Shown here piece by piece: positions 1-10,650 of a stretch of 64,000 nucleotides of DNA. Under the pieces are notes generated by a model. The model made no database searches and was not told the origin of the DNA. It worked only from the letters and a program-made list of their open reading frames with translations. The DNA is from a virus, in the IMG/VR virus record IMGVR_UViG_3300028844_004552, positions 9,629-73,628 of that record. The stretch is one strand, 5' to 3'. The translations under genes were made by a program, and so were the position numbers. Positions within the stretch are counted from its first letter, which is position 1; each line of letters opens with the position of its first letter.

Positions 1-1
1 A

Positions 2-817
2 CAAGAAGTTCTTACGGAGAACGCTAGAGTAGCAGCATTAATCAACATAAAGAAAGCGGCTAGAACAACAACGGTTAAACCATCTGGAACTAGTTCACTT
101 GTTTTAGGTACATCATCTGGAATACATGCGTGGCACAATGATTACTATATTAGAAGAATTAGAGTTGGTAAGAACGAGGCTATTTATAGTTATTTAGCAA
201 TAAATCACCCAGAATTGGTTGAGGATGAGTATTTCAGACCTAACGAGCAAGCAGTAATATCAATACCACAGAAGGCACCAGAAGGTTCAATCTTTAGACA
301 TGAATCTCCAATGCACTTATTAGATAGAGTTAAGAATTTTAACACTAACTGGGTCCGTGGTGGTCATAGAACTGGTGAGAATACACATAATGTATCTGTA
401 ACTGTTTCTATTAAGAAAGAATTGGATATGATTTCAATCAAGGATGAAGAAGGTAACCCACTTAAGAGTACTGATGGTAAAGTTATCAAAGAATCTAAGA
501 AAGATGAAGATGGTAACCCAATTTACAGAATCAACGAATGGGGTGGTATTGGTGAATGGATGTGGGATAATAGACATACATTTAATGGTATTTCAGTTCT
601 TCCATATGATGGTGGTAGCTATATTCAAGCACCATTTGAAGATTGTACTAAAGAAAAGTACGACGAGATGAATAAATCACTTCACAACATTGACCTTACT
701 AAGGTTATTGAAATTGAAGATAACACTGACTTAAGTGGTGAATTAGCTTGTGCTGGTGGTGCATGTGAAATTGACGTAGATTTATCAAGTATTAAAGATA
801 TTGATGAAACTGTGTAA
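2..817 (+). CDS. nrdJ: Class II (adenosylcobalamin-dependent) ribonucleotide reductase, C-terminal part (5' truncated by window)
   Basis: Frame is open from base 2: ...AARTTTVKPSGTSSLVLGTSSGIHAWHNDYYIRR..., NGISVLPY, YIQAPFE and the C-terminal redox pair LACAGGAC typical of monomeric NrdJ. Confidence 0.93.
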   Translation, partial: QEVLTENARVAALINIKKAARTTTVKPSGTSSLVLGTSSGIHAWHNDYYIRRIRVGKNEAIYSYLAINHPELVEDEYFRPNEQAVISIPQKAPEGSIFRHESPMHLLDRVKNFNTNWVRGGHRTGENTHNVSVTVSIKKELDMISIKDEEGNPLKSTDGKVIKESKKDEDGNPIYRINEWGGIGEWMWDNRHTFNGISVLPYDGGSYIQAPFEDCTKEKYDEMNKSLHNIDLTKVIEIEDNTDLSGELACAGGACEIDVDLSSIKDIDETV

Positions 818-842
818 ACCATTGATAACACTACAATAAAAG

Positions 843-868
843 GGCTCGTCGAAAGATGAGCCTTTTTT
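843..868 (+). terminator. Rho-independent terminator
   Basis: ggctcgtc-gaaa-gatgagcc hairpin followed by T6, directly after nrdJ. Confidence 0.85.
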
Positions 869-931
869 ATTTGTACTATTTAGTTATTAAAAATATTTAT
901 TATACTATTTATGTAATAAAGAAAGTATAAT

Positions 932-1318
932 ATGGCAAATGGAAAATACATCAACATCAATTTCCCGTTCAAGGAGAGCGATAAAGGATTCTTTTTAGAT
1001 TTAAACGACAACGATAAAGCAGCCATCAAAGCTGACCTTATGCATTTGATTTTAACTAGAAAGGGTGAGAGATTATACCTACCAGATTTTGGTACCAATT
1101 TATTACAATATATATTTGAAGCAAACGACAGTGTTACTCAATCAGAGATAAAGACTGAAATTAGTGATACCGTAAAAAAATACTTACCTAACTTAGTAAT
1201 TAATGAAGTAATAGTAGAACAAAGTGAAGCTAGTGAATATGCCGCTACTGTTAGAATTGATTATACCGTTACAGATGATGCGTTCCAAGCAACTGATTTT
1301 GTATTAATAAACATTTAA
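932..1318 (+). CDS. Baseplate wedge protein, T4 gp25/GPW-like
   Basis: IKADLMHLILTRKGERLYLPDFGTNLLQYIFE motif of the gp25 family; first gene of structural cluster. Confidence 0.88.
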   Translation: MANGKYININFPFKESDKGFFLDLNDNDKAAIKADLMHLILTRKGERLYLPDFGTNLLQYIFEANDSVTQSEIKTEISDTVKKYLPNLVINEVIVEQSEASEYAATVRIDYTVTDDAFQATDFVLINI

Positions 1319-1323
1319 AAACT

Positions 1324-3162
1324 ATGGCAATTAAAAAAATAAATTATACATCTAGAAATTTTTCCGACGTTAGAGGGGAATTAATTGAATTTGTTAGACA
1401 ATACTATCCAGAAATCTTCAATGATTTTAATGATGCTTCTGTAGGTATGATGCTTATAGAATTAAATGCGGCAGTCGCTGATATGCTTTCATTTAATACG
1501 GATAAAGCATTTCAAGAAACACAAATAGATTTTGCACAAGAACGAAAATCACTACTTTCACAAGCTAGAACATTTGGGTTAAAGGTACCAGGTAAGCGAC
1601 CATCAGTATCCATCGTCGATTATTCAGTAACAGTTCCAGTATTAGGTGATACTTGGGACGTATCATACGCACCAGTGATTAGAGAAGGTAGTCAAGTATC
1701 TGGAGCGGGTAAGGTATTTGAAAATTCAGTTGATATTGATTTTTCAAATCCATTCAATTTAGGTGGAATACCAAATAGATTGATTATCCCAAACATAGAT
1801 GAAAACGGTAATATATTAAATTATACTATTGTTAAAAGAGAGATGGTAACCAACGGTATAACAAAGGTGTTCAAGAGAACAATCTCAGCAAATGATTCTA
1901 AGCCATTCTTAGAGGTTATTCTTCCAGATAATGATGTAATGTCAGTTTCATCTGTAATTACCTTAGAAGGTGTTAATTACACCAAAATACCAACCTTAGA
2001 CCAATTTTTAGATATCGATAACCAATGGTTTGAGATGGATGCATTAGCTGAGGATAAAATATATGTTGGTGATACAAGTAAAATATCTGATAATTCTGGT
2101 GTAATACCAGGTAAGTTCATTTCAGTTGATAAGCGTTTCATAAGAGAATACACCGACCTAGGGTTTACAAAACTAATCTTCGGTGGTGGGTCTCAAGACA
2201 TATCAGCACTTTGTGATTTTGATGTAAATAAATCATTAATTAATAGAATTGGTGACTTCATCAATAATACATCATTAGGTCTTACATTACCATCTAATTA
2301 TACGATGTATGTTAGATATAGAGTAGGTGGTGGTTCAACATCTAATCTTGGTCCTAACACAATAAACACTGTAGGTGTTACAAATATGGTGGTTAATGGT
2401 GCAAGTCCAGCAATCAACAACTCAGTTACTACATCATTAAAGGTTAATAACCCAATACCAGCTTTAGGTGGTAAGGACCAACCTTCAATTGAAGAGTTAA
2501 GGAATTTAATTAAATATAATTTCTCAGCACAAAATAGATGTGTAACACTTAAGGATTATCAATCAAGAATTGCATTAATGCCAGGTGAATTTGGAGTTCC
2601 ATTTAGAACAGGTGTCTTCGAGGAACAAAATAAAATAAAGGTATATACATTAGGGTTAGATAGTAGTGGTAAATTAAGTAACACATCAACATCAGCACTT
2701 AGAGATAATATTGGGACATATCTTGCAGATTATAGAATGATTAATGATTATGTTGAAGTGGATAATGGTAGAGTTATAAATCTTAGTTTTGAAATTGACC
2801 TTTTTATTGAAAAACAATTCCCACAATCTCAAATAATGGCTGAGGTTATCAATCAAGTTAAAGATTATATGGATATTAATAAATTTGATATGGGTGATGA
2901 TATTTATCTTTCTGACCTTATGGAAATTATTAACAATGTTAATGGTGTAACCAATGTAATTGACATGAGAGTCTTTAATAAGGTTGGTGATGGTAAATAT
3001 TCATTAAATGAGATAGCACAACCATATGTTAATTCTTTAACTGATGATACGACAAGACAAATTGACTTATTAGGTCAGTTTACTTTATTTGGTGAAACAA
3101 CCTCTATGTTTGAGGTTAAATATCCAGATAAGGATATAATGGTTAGAGTTAAGACTATATAA
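1324..3162 (+). CDS. Baseplate wedge subunit, T4 gp6/baseplate-J-like
   Basis: INYTSRNFSDVRGELI N-terminus, LIFGGG, YRVGGG..SN, GGKDQPSIEELR, AQNRCVTLKDY motifs; adjacent to gp25-like gene. Confidence 0.88.
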   Translation: MAIKKINYTSRNFSDVRGELIEFVRQYYPEIFNDFNDASVGMMLIELNAAVADMLSFNTDKAFQETQIDFAQERKSLLSQARTFGLKVPGKRPSVSIVDYSVTVPVLGDTWDVSYAPVIREGSQVSGAGKVFENSVDIDFSNPFNLGGIPNRLIIPNIDENGNILNYTIVKREMVTNGITKVFKRTISANDSKPFLEVILPDNDVMSVSSVITLEGVNYTKIPTLDQFLDIDNQWFEMDALAEDKIYVGDTSKISDNSGVIPGKFISVDKRFIREYTDLGFTKLIFGGGSQDISALCDFDVNKSLINRIGDFINNTSLGLTLPSNYTMYVRYRVGGGSTSNLGPNTINTVGVTNMVVNGASPAINNSVTTSLKVNNPIPALGGKDQPSIEELRNLIKYNFSAQNRCVTLKDYQSRIALMPGEFGVPFRTGVFEEQNKIKVYTLGLDSSGKLSNTSTSALRDNIGTYLADYRMINDYVEVDNGRVINLSFEIDLFIEKQFPQSQIMAEVINQVKDYMDINKFDMGDDIYLSDLMEIINNVNGVTNVIDMRVFNKVGDGKYSLNEIAQPYVNSLTDDTTRQIDLLGQFTLFGETTSMFEVKYPDKDIMVRVKTI

Positions 3163-3225
3163 ACATTTCCTTTAATGGAAATATTTAGTATATTAATTGT
3201 TATAAGATAAATTAAAATTATTTAA

Positions 3226-3591
3226 ATGAGTTGTCAAAGTTGTAAAGAAAAAAGTAAAAATTTAAATTCACTAGTTAAGGGTGATGGGAGTGAAGACCCA
3301 ATAACTAAAAATGTTGCATTCATTATATTCAATGTTCTAATTAGAATAATATTATTTGCAATATCATTATCAACCACACCAGTTATTTTATTATTTATAG
3401 TGTGGATGTTATTTAAGACTATTATGCTTAATAAGGGTGATTTAAATATTATGCCATCACTAGTAATGGTTGGTAAACAAATGGGTATTGGTAAAAGGAA
3501 ATCAAAGAAATCAAAGGATTCTGAGGATATTGACACATCTAAACCAGAAAACTATGAATTTGATGAAAGAGTAGATAAAGTGAAACTATAA
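3226..3591 (+). CDS. Small membrane protein with N-terminal CxxC
   Basis: MSCQSCK start, long hydrophobic segment, charged C-terminus. Confidence 0.7.
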   Translation: MSCQSCKEKSKNLNSLVKGDGSEDPITKNVAFIIFNVLIRIILFAISLSTTPVILLFIVWMLFKTIMLNKGDLNIMPSLVMVGKQMGIGKRKSKKSKDSEDIDTSKPENYEFDERVDKVKL

Positions 3592-6500
3592 ATGTCAAAA
3601 TCAATTAGGATAAGAACAACACCAAATGGTAGTGATTCAAATATAAAAGTTAAAATCGAACAAGATTTTGATTTCATTGAAATATTATCATTGAAAATTT
3701 CTCAAGCAGAGGCGTATAGTCGTTTCTGTTCGGATTATGGTGTGGTCGTTGGTAGAGTTATTATCAATGACGGTTTCGGTGTTCCTAATGCTAAGGTTTC
3801 GGTATTTGTTCCAATAGAAGAGGAAGATGAATTAGATAGTGAAATTGCTGGTCTATACCCATACAAAGTTTTAGGGGATAAAAATAGTGATGGGATTAGA
3901 TATAACCTTTTACAGAAGGACCCAAAACCTAATGAGAATTGCTTCACACCAGCTGGTTCATTTCCATCTAAAAGAGAAGTGATTGACAATGATACGGTAC
4001 TTGAAGTTTATGACAAGTATTATAAATACACCACCACAACCAACGAAGCTGGTGATTTCATGTTATTTGGTGTTCCAGTTGGTTCACATACACTTAATAT
4101 GGATTGTGATTTATCAGACATTGGTATTGCATCACAAAGACCTTATGATTATATTTCACAAGGTGAGTCAATAAAGAGGTTTGAGTCTACAACAAAATTT
4201 AAGTCCGATAAGGATTTAGATAAGATGATTCAAATCAAAAGTTATAGGAAAGGTATCAATGTACAACCATTTTGGGGTGATAAAGACCAATGTGATATTG
4301 GTATTACAAGAAGTGACTTTGATATCAAGAAAAAAATAATACCATCAGCAATATTTGTTGGGAGTTTATTCTCAGATTCTGAAAAGAATTCAATAAACAA
4401 AAACTGTAGACCTAGAAAAGATTTAGGTAGACTTTGTGAAACAAACGCATCAGAAGGTACCGTAGAGATGATTAGGAAGACGTTAGACGGTACTATTGAA
4501 CGTTTTGATGTTGAGGGTGGTCGAGTAATAGATGATTCGGGAGGATGGGCGTATCAAGTTCCTATGAACTTAGATTATATGGTAACCAATGAATTTGGTG
4601 AACTTGTACCATCGGATGACCCTAACAAGGGAATACCAACAAAGGCTAGAGTTAGATTTAGAATTGGTATGGATGTAACTGGTGACGAGGGTAGACTTAG
4701 AACTAGTGCTAAATATTTAGTTCCACATAACCCACCAAATTCTTCTAATATAGATTACAACTTCAATGAGAATACTAGTGATGAACACTTTAGAGATTTT
4801 CATTGGAATAAAATATATACAGTATCTAATTTTATACCTAGAGTTCAATCAACTTGTCCAGGCGGTAAGTGTGCTGACAATAGGAATATTACAGGTATAA
4901 AGGATGTTGATGATTGTAGTGGTGACAAGACACCATTCCCATATAATAGGGTTGATACAGATTTCAATCCACTGTTTTTAATATTATGTATTATATTAAA
5001 TATAATCATTTTCATAGTATGGATGATTAATGCAATTGTTATAAATCTTATAAATGTTGTCCTAATTATTATCAATGCTGTATTATTGGTTATATGTGAA
5101 ATTGTCTTTTTTATATCTAAAATTGTCTGTGCTTTAAAACACTTAACGGATGCGGATAAACGTGCTGAATGTAGAGAGAAGGGTTGTATGGGTGATTGTG
5201 ATGATGAAGAATGTAAGGATTGTGAATGTAAGAATATTCTTAGTTATGTACCATGTATTGTAATGGAATGTGATGATAAGAATTGGGCACCAGGCTGCAA
5301 GTGTGATTACATTGAACCATCATCTATAGTAGTTGGTTCGAATGATTATGGTAATACAGATACAGGTGCTATTGGTTGTTGGGCTTCAATGACCAACGCT
5401 GAAAATCCTAAGAATCCAATCACTCACTGGAGTGGTGTTAATTATAATTCAGATAATTGTAGTCACCCAGGTCATGATAGACTTGATGCTGGGCTATCAG
5501 ATTGTTACGCAATACAATTAGCAGAAGCATTAAATATGTTTGAATTGGACTTTTATAATGATTGGATTAATGGTACATTATATGCGTATTTATTAAAATA
5601 CAAGAAGAAAAAGAATGGTAAGCAAAAATTCTGTGATTCTGATTGTGACACATCAGATTCGGATAATAATTGCGATAAGAGTTGGTTTGTTGACACTTGT
5701 ACTAGTGAAGGTAGTGATAGGATTGATACCAAGAAAATAATTAAAAAGCAAATTAATGAAGGTCTTATAAAACAAGTAACAACGACTAGACCAGACGGAA
5801 AGGAAGATGAGGTATTGTATTATGCACCTTATACTAAACACCACGATTTTAAAATGTTTGCAACAGAACTTGTACATTTAGGTTCTATATTTGATTGTGA
5901 TTGGCAAGGAATTCCTAAGATACAATCCTACTTATTACCAACATCATATATTAGACCACCTTACACTGCTGAATATTTAAATGATGGGACAACAAAGGTC
6001 ACATGTGGAATGACATCAACTGGTACTCAAGGTAGTGGTGGATTATTTTTTGATATTGATTGTATTGGACTTAAGGTTGGTGGTAGATGTAAAAACTTTA
6101 AGAGAATTTGTGAAATTGGTGTTGAATTACCATCAGATAATTGTTGGGTATTAAATGAATCCATTACAAATCCATATGGGTCTAAATTTAGAGATATATT
6201 CTATGCACTTAATAAGGATGATGGTGCAAATAAATTGAATTCATGGCCTGTTGGTGGAATACCAGTAGGTGGTTATGGTACTGCATTTGAAACAGCTAGT
6301 GGTGAAGGTTTTGCTTCTGATAGTTTAAATGCAGAATATGTTCAATTTAGAGGTAACTATATCTCTACTGACACTGATACAGCAAATGTAGACCAACCTG
6401 TGGAATCTTATTCACAATCTAAGAATTCATTTTATTTCTATTTTGGTACCGAGCCTGGTAAAAGTGGACTAGAAACTATGAACAATAGATTCTTCGCTGA

Positions 6501-8097
6501 ATGTGCTGTTGTACAAAAGAATGACTTCGTAATTCAAGGTATAGTAACTGACTCTACATCATTTACTGGTTGTACTGGTGAAATAAATCTTACAATTGTT
6601 GGTGGTTCTGGTGATTATACATATGTATGGACAGGACCTAACGGTTACACATCAACAGAATCAACAGCAAATAACGAAGATGGTGATATACAAGGACTTT
6701 GTGGTGGTATTTATACTGTTGTTGTTACTGATACTGATGGTGGTTCATCTACAACATCATTCACAGTTAACGCACCAACAGCATTCGCTTGTGATGTAAC
6801 AGCAGTACCAGCAATTCAAGCTGGTGTTAATGGTAGTATTATTCTTAATATAGCTGGTGGTGTACCAAATTATAGTTACAGTATTAATAACAACCCATCT
6901 ATACTTATGACTGGTTCATATGAGAATATACCACTTCCAGAAGGGACATACAACGTAGAGGTTACTGACACTAACAATAATTCATGTACGGATACTGTAA
7001 CAATTTCAGCAAGTACAGCAGCTTTAAATATTGCTGGTGCAACTACAGGTACTAACACCACATGTGGAAATGATAACGGTACACTTACCGTGACGATTGA
7101 TTTCCAAACATTAGGTGGTGCTGCACCATATTCATATTTGATTACTGGACCTAATGGTTTCTCATCATCATCACTTAACTTAACTAATTTAGAGGGTGGA
7201 ACGTATACAATTCAAGTTACTGATTCAAGCCCAACACCACAGGTAGTTACTGATACATGGGTTATAGCACCATCTATAGGACCGACTATGAGTATTATTC
7301 CAGATTGGTTCTGTTGGTTAGCACCAAACACCACACCTACGATAACACCTAGTTTTAATGTAACAGCAAATGGTGGTTACACAATTGAATGGGTGGGTTA
7401 TGATGCGCTTGGTGCTGAGGTATTAGGATACTCTGGGTCAACTACATTCCCAGCGGGTGTTACTAATCCTATTATTACATCTTCAATGATAGGACCTTAC
7501 GGAACTAACTTTAAATTGATTGATTCGTTTGGTTGTATTGTAAACGATTATTACGACCTAAGACCTGGTCAAGGACACGTTCCGACTAGTGCTATGGCTA
7601 TTGAATACATACCAGAACAATATTGTTGGTTAGATGGCTCAACACCACAAATATACCCACAATTCCTAGTTACTGTAGATGGTCCATTTACAATATCATG
7701 GGCGGGTGGTTCAGAATCATTTGCAGCTGTAGGGGTTCCGACTATAATTACACTTAGTACTTTAGTTTCAGTTGGTAACATTAATTTTACACTTACTGAA
7801 ACAAATAATGGTTGTACAAACTTAAGTGGTGTGATAGATTTAACTGCTGGTGGTTCTAATGTACCGTCAAGTGCACTTAGTGGTATCGCAACTCAACCTA
7901 ATCAAACAACAATCACAGTTACACCTACTGGTGGTTGGGGTGGATATACTTATAAATGGTTTAAGAATGGTGTTGATATGGGTATTACTACTCAGTCACA
8001 TACTATCAATGCATTTTCAAATGGTGAAGATTGGCAATGTAAAATAACGGATTCAAATGGATGCTTTACGTATTCTAATATAGTAACGACAACATAA
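3592..8097 (+). CDS. Large virion structural protein: N-terminal Ig/carboxypeptidase-regulatory-like region, long hydrophobic segment, Cys-rich region, C-terminal SprB-like repeats
   Basis: 1501-aa ORF; GRVIINDGFGVPNAKVSVF and TTTNEAGDFMLFGVPVG; repeats such as GEINLTIVGGSGDYTYVWTGPNG...GGIYTVVVTDTDG resemble SprB repeats. Confidence 0.75.
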   Translation: MSKSIRIRTTPNGSDSNIKVKIEQDFDFIEILSLKISQAEAYSRFCSDYGVVVGRVIINDGFGVPNAKVSVFVPIEEEDELDSEIAGLYPYKVLGDKNSDGIRYNLLQKDPKPNENCFTPAGSFPSKREVIDNDTVLEVYDKYYKYTTTTNEAGDFMLFGVPVGSHTLNMDCDLSDIGIASQRPYDYISQGESIKRFESTTKFKSDKDLDKMIQIKSYRKGINVQPFWGDKDQCDIGITRSDFDIKKKIIPSAIFVGSLFSDSEKNSINKNCRPRKDLGRLCETNASEGTVEMIRKTLDGTIERFDVEGGRVIDDSGGWAYQVPMNLDYMVTNEFGELVPSDDPNKGIPTKARVRFRIGMDVTGDEGRLRTSAKYLVPHNPPNSSNIDYNFNENTSDEHFRDFHWNKIYTVSNFIPRVQSTCPGGKCADNRNITGIKDVDDCSGDKTPFPYNRVDTDFNPLFLILCIILNIIIFIVWMINAIVINLINVVLIIINAVLLVICEIVFFISKIVCALKHLTDADKRAECREKGCMGDCDDEECKDCECKNILSYVPCIVMECDDKNWAPGCKCDYIEPSSIVVGSNDYGNTDTGAIGCWASMTNAENPKNPITHWSGVNYNSDNCSHPGHDRLDAGLSDCYAIQLAEALNMFELDFYNDWINGTLYAYLLKYKKKKNGKQKFCDSDCDTSDSDNNCDKSWFVDTCTSEGSDRIDTKKIIKKQINEGLIKQVTTTRPDGKEDEVLYYAPYTKHHDFKMFATELVHLGSIFDCDWQGIPKIQSYLLPTSYIRPPYTAEYLNDGTTKVTCGMTSTGTQGSGGLFFDIDCIGLKVGGRCKNFKRICEIGVELPSDNCWVLNESITNPYGSKFRDIFYALNKDDGANKLNSWPVGGIPVGGYGTAFETASGEGFASDSLNAEYVQFRGNYISTDTDTANVDQPVESYSQSKNSFYFYFGTEPGKSGLETMNNRFFAECAVVQKNDFVIQGIVTDSTSFTGCTGEINLTIVGGSGDYTYVWTGPNGYTSTESTANNEDGDIQGLCGGIYTVVVTDTDGGSSTTSFTVNAPTAFACDVTAVPAIQAGVNGSIILNIAGGVPNYSYSINNNPSILMTGSYENIPLPEGTYNVEVTDTNNNSCTDTVTISASTAALNIAGATTGTNTTCGNDNGTLTVTIDFQTLGGAAPYSYLITGPNGFSSSSLNLTNLEGGTYTIQVTDSSPTPQVVTDTWVIAPSIGPTMSIIPDWFCWLAPNTTPTITPSFNVTANGGYTIEWVGYDALGAEVLGYSGSTTFPAGVTNPIITSSMIGPYGTNFKLIDSFGCIVNDYYDLRPGQGHVPTSAMAIEYIPEQYCWLDGSTPQIYPQFLVTVDGPFTISWAGGSESFAAVGVPTIITLSTLVSVGNINFTLTETNNGCTNLSGVIDLTAGGSNVPSSALSGIATQPNQTTITVTPTGGWGGYTYKWFKNGVDMGITTQSHTINAFSNGEDWQCKITDSNGCFTYSNIVTTT

Positions 8098-9809
8098 TGG
8101 ACGATAGAATTAAACATAGATTGGGTATTGAGAGCTCTCAGAAGGCATCAAATGTTGATGGTTATGTTAACCTTGATGTAACAAACAATGAAGCTATGTT
8201 ACCTGTTGGTGATATGAATAGAATTGTTGATGCTTACAAACGATTTGATAAGGAAAGACAAGAATCACCATTTTATAGATTAGTTGGTACAATTAGACCA
8301 CTTATGAGCAATGTATTATTCAACATCTCTGGTGTTGATAGTTGGTCAAGTTTTAATGATAATATATTTAGAGACCAATCATACCCACCAAATTTATCAA
8401 TCAATGAAGATGAAGATATAACATATGCTGAATCTGTCACTAAACACTTGAAAGAAGTGGATGGTTGGTTTGGTTATTATAACCCAGATATCTTCGGTGT
8501 AAATGTTTGTGCGTTTACAGATATGGAACCTAAGAGAAGAAGATTCTCATTTAAGAAAGATAGATTTAACAATGATATTAAGAATTGGGAAGTAACAGTT
8601 ACATATCCTAGTGCTAGTGCCGACACTCAATTAACAACTGGTGGTCTTATGGTATTTGATAAAGTTTCAGTAAGCGTCTCAACTCGTGAGATGACTGCAT
8701 TAGGTATTCCAGTACTTCATAATATACAAACTGGTGAAATGGTTAGAGTAACGGGTACTAATTTCGATGGTGATTATGTGGTTCAAAGGGTTGGTATGGA
8801 TAATGGTGACCTTATGGGTTATTACTTTGTTATCGACGTAGACCCAAGTATTGCAGTAATTGGACCTAATAGTAGATTCAAGAAAGTTGTTGGTGGACAA
8901 GAAAGTGTATATTACTTTAGAGTATTTGAAAAAGTTAAAACAAGAGTAGAGCCTGTTATCGAAGATGATGATTATGAGATTTACCCTCTTAATTTTGCTA
9001 ATAATGTGTATAATGATGGTGTTTGTCAATTAGTTTTCAATGAGGACATTGATGTTAGTGATTTAACTGATAACCTAGGTAGACCATTGTCGGAATTATT
9101 TCTTACAATTATAAAAACCGAAGGAAATGATGTTAATGGGTCGTTTAATGGATTTACAGACATCAAGTCTGGAATTGAGATACCTTACATGCCAGAGATT
9201 CAAGCGACGAATGCAGAGCCTTATAAGGTAAATATACCAGACATAAGAAGAATACATGATGGTGGTGTAGTTCCTACAATGGGTCACACACCACTAGAAA
9301 ATAACATATTAATCAGCACCAATGGTTTATTTGGTGATGTTGTTGAATATAATAAACATAAAGCAAAAGAAACTATACTTGCCGATGTTCACCATAGATT
9401 TAATACAGCCAATCGAACTGGTCTTGGTAATGTTGCAAATGGTCCTAGACAAGAGGGTTATTACTACAAAGCACACTACCCTATAACAATAAGAAATTTT
9501 TCACCATATATTGAACAAGGTGACATAAACACTGTTGGTATTCCAGATTATGCTGAGGACTTAGGTGATGGTAGATGGCTTTGGAGGGATTTATTAGATA
9601 TAGGTTTCAATGCTGGTCAAGAAAACCCAGTTAAATATCCATTTTTAAATGGTGCTCATTATATTCACCAGAATTATTGTGTTACACTAAAAAGGCAAGA
9701 TTCATTTGGTATGTTTGGTTTATACTATTCAGCACCAATAAATTCTGACCCAGCTGGTGATTCAATGGATGATAAGTTTACAACTAATAACGGTGAAGAT
9801 GTCTGCTAA
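8097..9809 (+). CDS. Hypothetical virion structural protein
   Basis: 570-aa ORF translationally coupled (TAATG) within baseplate cluster. Confidence 0.7.
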   Translation: MDDRIKHRLGIESSQKASNVDGYVNLDVTNNEAMLPVGDMNRIVDAYKRFDKERQESPFYRLVGTIRPLMSNVLFNISGVDSWSSFNDNIFRDQSYPPNLSINEDEDITYAESVTKHLKEVDGWFGYYNPDIFGVNVCAFTDMEPKRRRFSFKKDRFNNDIKNWEVTVTYPSASADTQLTTGGLMVFDKVSVSVSTREMTALGIPVLHNIQTGEMVRVTGTNFDGDYVVQRVGMDNGDLMGYYFVIDVDPSIAVIGPNSRFKKVVGGQESVYYFRVFEKVKTRVEPVIEDDDYEIYPLNFANNVYNDGVCQLVFNEDIDVSDLTDNLGRPLSELFLTIIKTEGNDVNGSFNGFTDIKSGIEIPYMPEIQATNAEPYKVNIPDIRRIHDGGVVPTMGHTPLENNILISTNGLFGDVVEYNKHKAKETILADVHHRFNTANRTGLGNVANGPRQEGYYYKAHYPITIRNFSPYIEQGDINTVGIPDYAEDLGDGRWLWRDLLDIGFNAGQENPVKYPFLNGAHYIHQNYCVTLKRQDSFGMFGLYYSAPINSDPAGDSMDDKFTTNNGEDVC

Positions 9810-10650
9810 ATATCAAATTAAAATATCAAACCTAACAGGTGTTACTGATACATTTATCAATATTCCAATTGAGATGACTCCAAATATGGTGGACCAAGCT
9901 GAATTAGTTAATAAGAAATTCGTTGATGTTGAGGTTGAAAATAGTATAAACCCAATCTTAGATTATGAGAAGGCTAGATTCACTCCAATATATTTTGACG
10001 ATAATCAACAAATAGATATTAACAACATTATTTACGATGTTAGATTCTTAAGTGCATCAACATTTCCGACTAGTGCTAGTTTTTATAGTGATATTGATAT
10101 TACTAATGATGATATTAAATTTGGTAAGAAGAGATTTGAAAATTCATTTCTTAATCTTTCGTTTTATGATACTGATAGAGCTACAGACCAAAGATTATTA
10201 TCATTCATTAATATTTTCCCAAGATTAACATCGGCTAATATTCAAGATGCTACTGACCCAACGCCAGGTTTACCAAAACCAGCCAATGAAATTCCAGTAA
10301 CATTTACATTATCAAATCCTATAAAAAACCCAGAAGGATTTGCTGAGGGTTATTATATTTATAATTACAAAGATGAGGTTACCAGTGAATTACCTAAGGA
10401 AATATTTATGAGAGCTAGATTCAACAATGCGGCAAATGGTAAAACACTTAACCTTATGACTGAGGGTGTTGCCTATGGTATTGAAGAATTGGTAAATAAA
10501 CTATATACTAAGTATATATTACATAGAAATAGTACTGGTTATTTTTACGCAATAGATGAGACTTATAATACTAACGCTGGACTCAATAACGTAACATTAA
10601 CCAATGGTGGTGATTACATTATTACTCTTTATCAAATACAAGCATTATAA
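9799..10650 (+). CDS. Hypothetical virion structural protein
   Basis: ATG at 9799 (MSAKYQIK) gives a short overlap with upstream gene; structural cluster. Confidence 0.7.
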   Translation: MSAKYQIKISNLTGVTDTFINIPIEMTPNMVDQAELVNKKFVDVEVENSINPILDYEKARFTPIYFDDNQQIDINNIIYDVRFLSASTFPTSASFYSDIDITNDDIKFGKKRFENSFLNLSFYDTDRATDQRLLSFINIFPRLTSANIQDATDPTPGLPKPANEIPVTFTLSNPIKNPEGFAEGYYIYNYKDEVTSELPKEIFMRARFNNAANGKTLNLMTEGVAYGIEELVNKLYTKYILHRNSTGYFYAIDETYNTNAGLNNVTLTNGGDYIITLYQIQAL

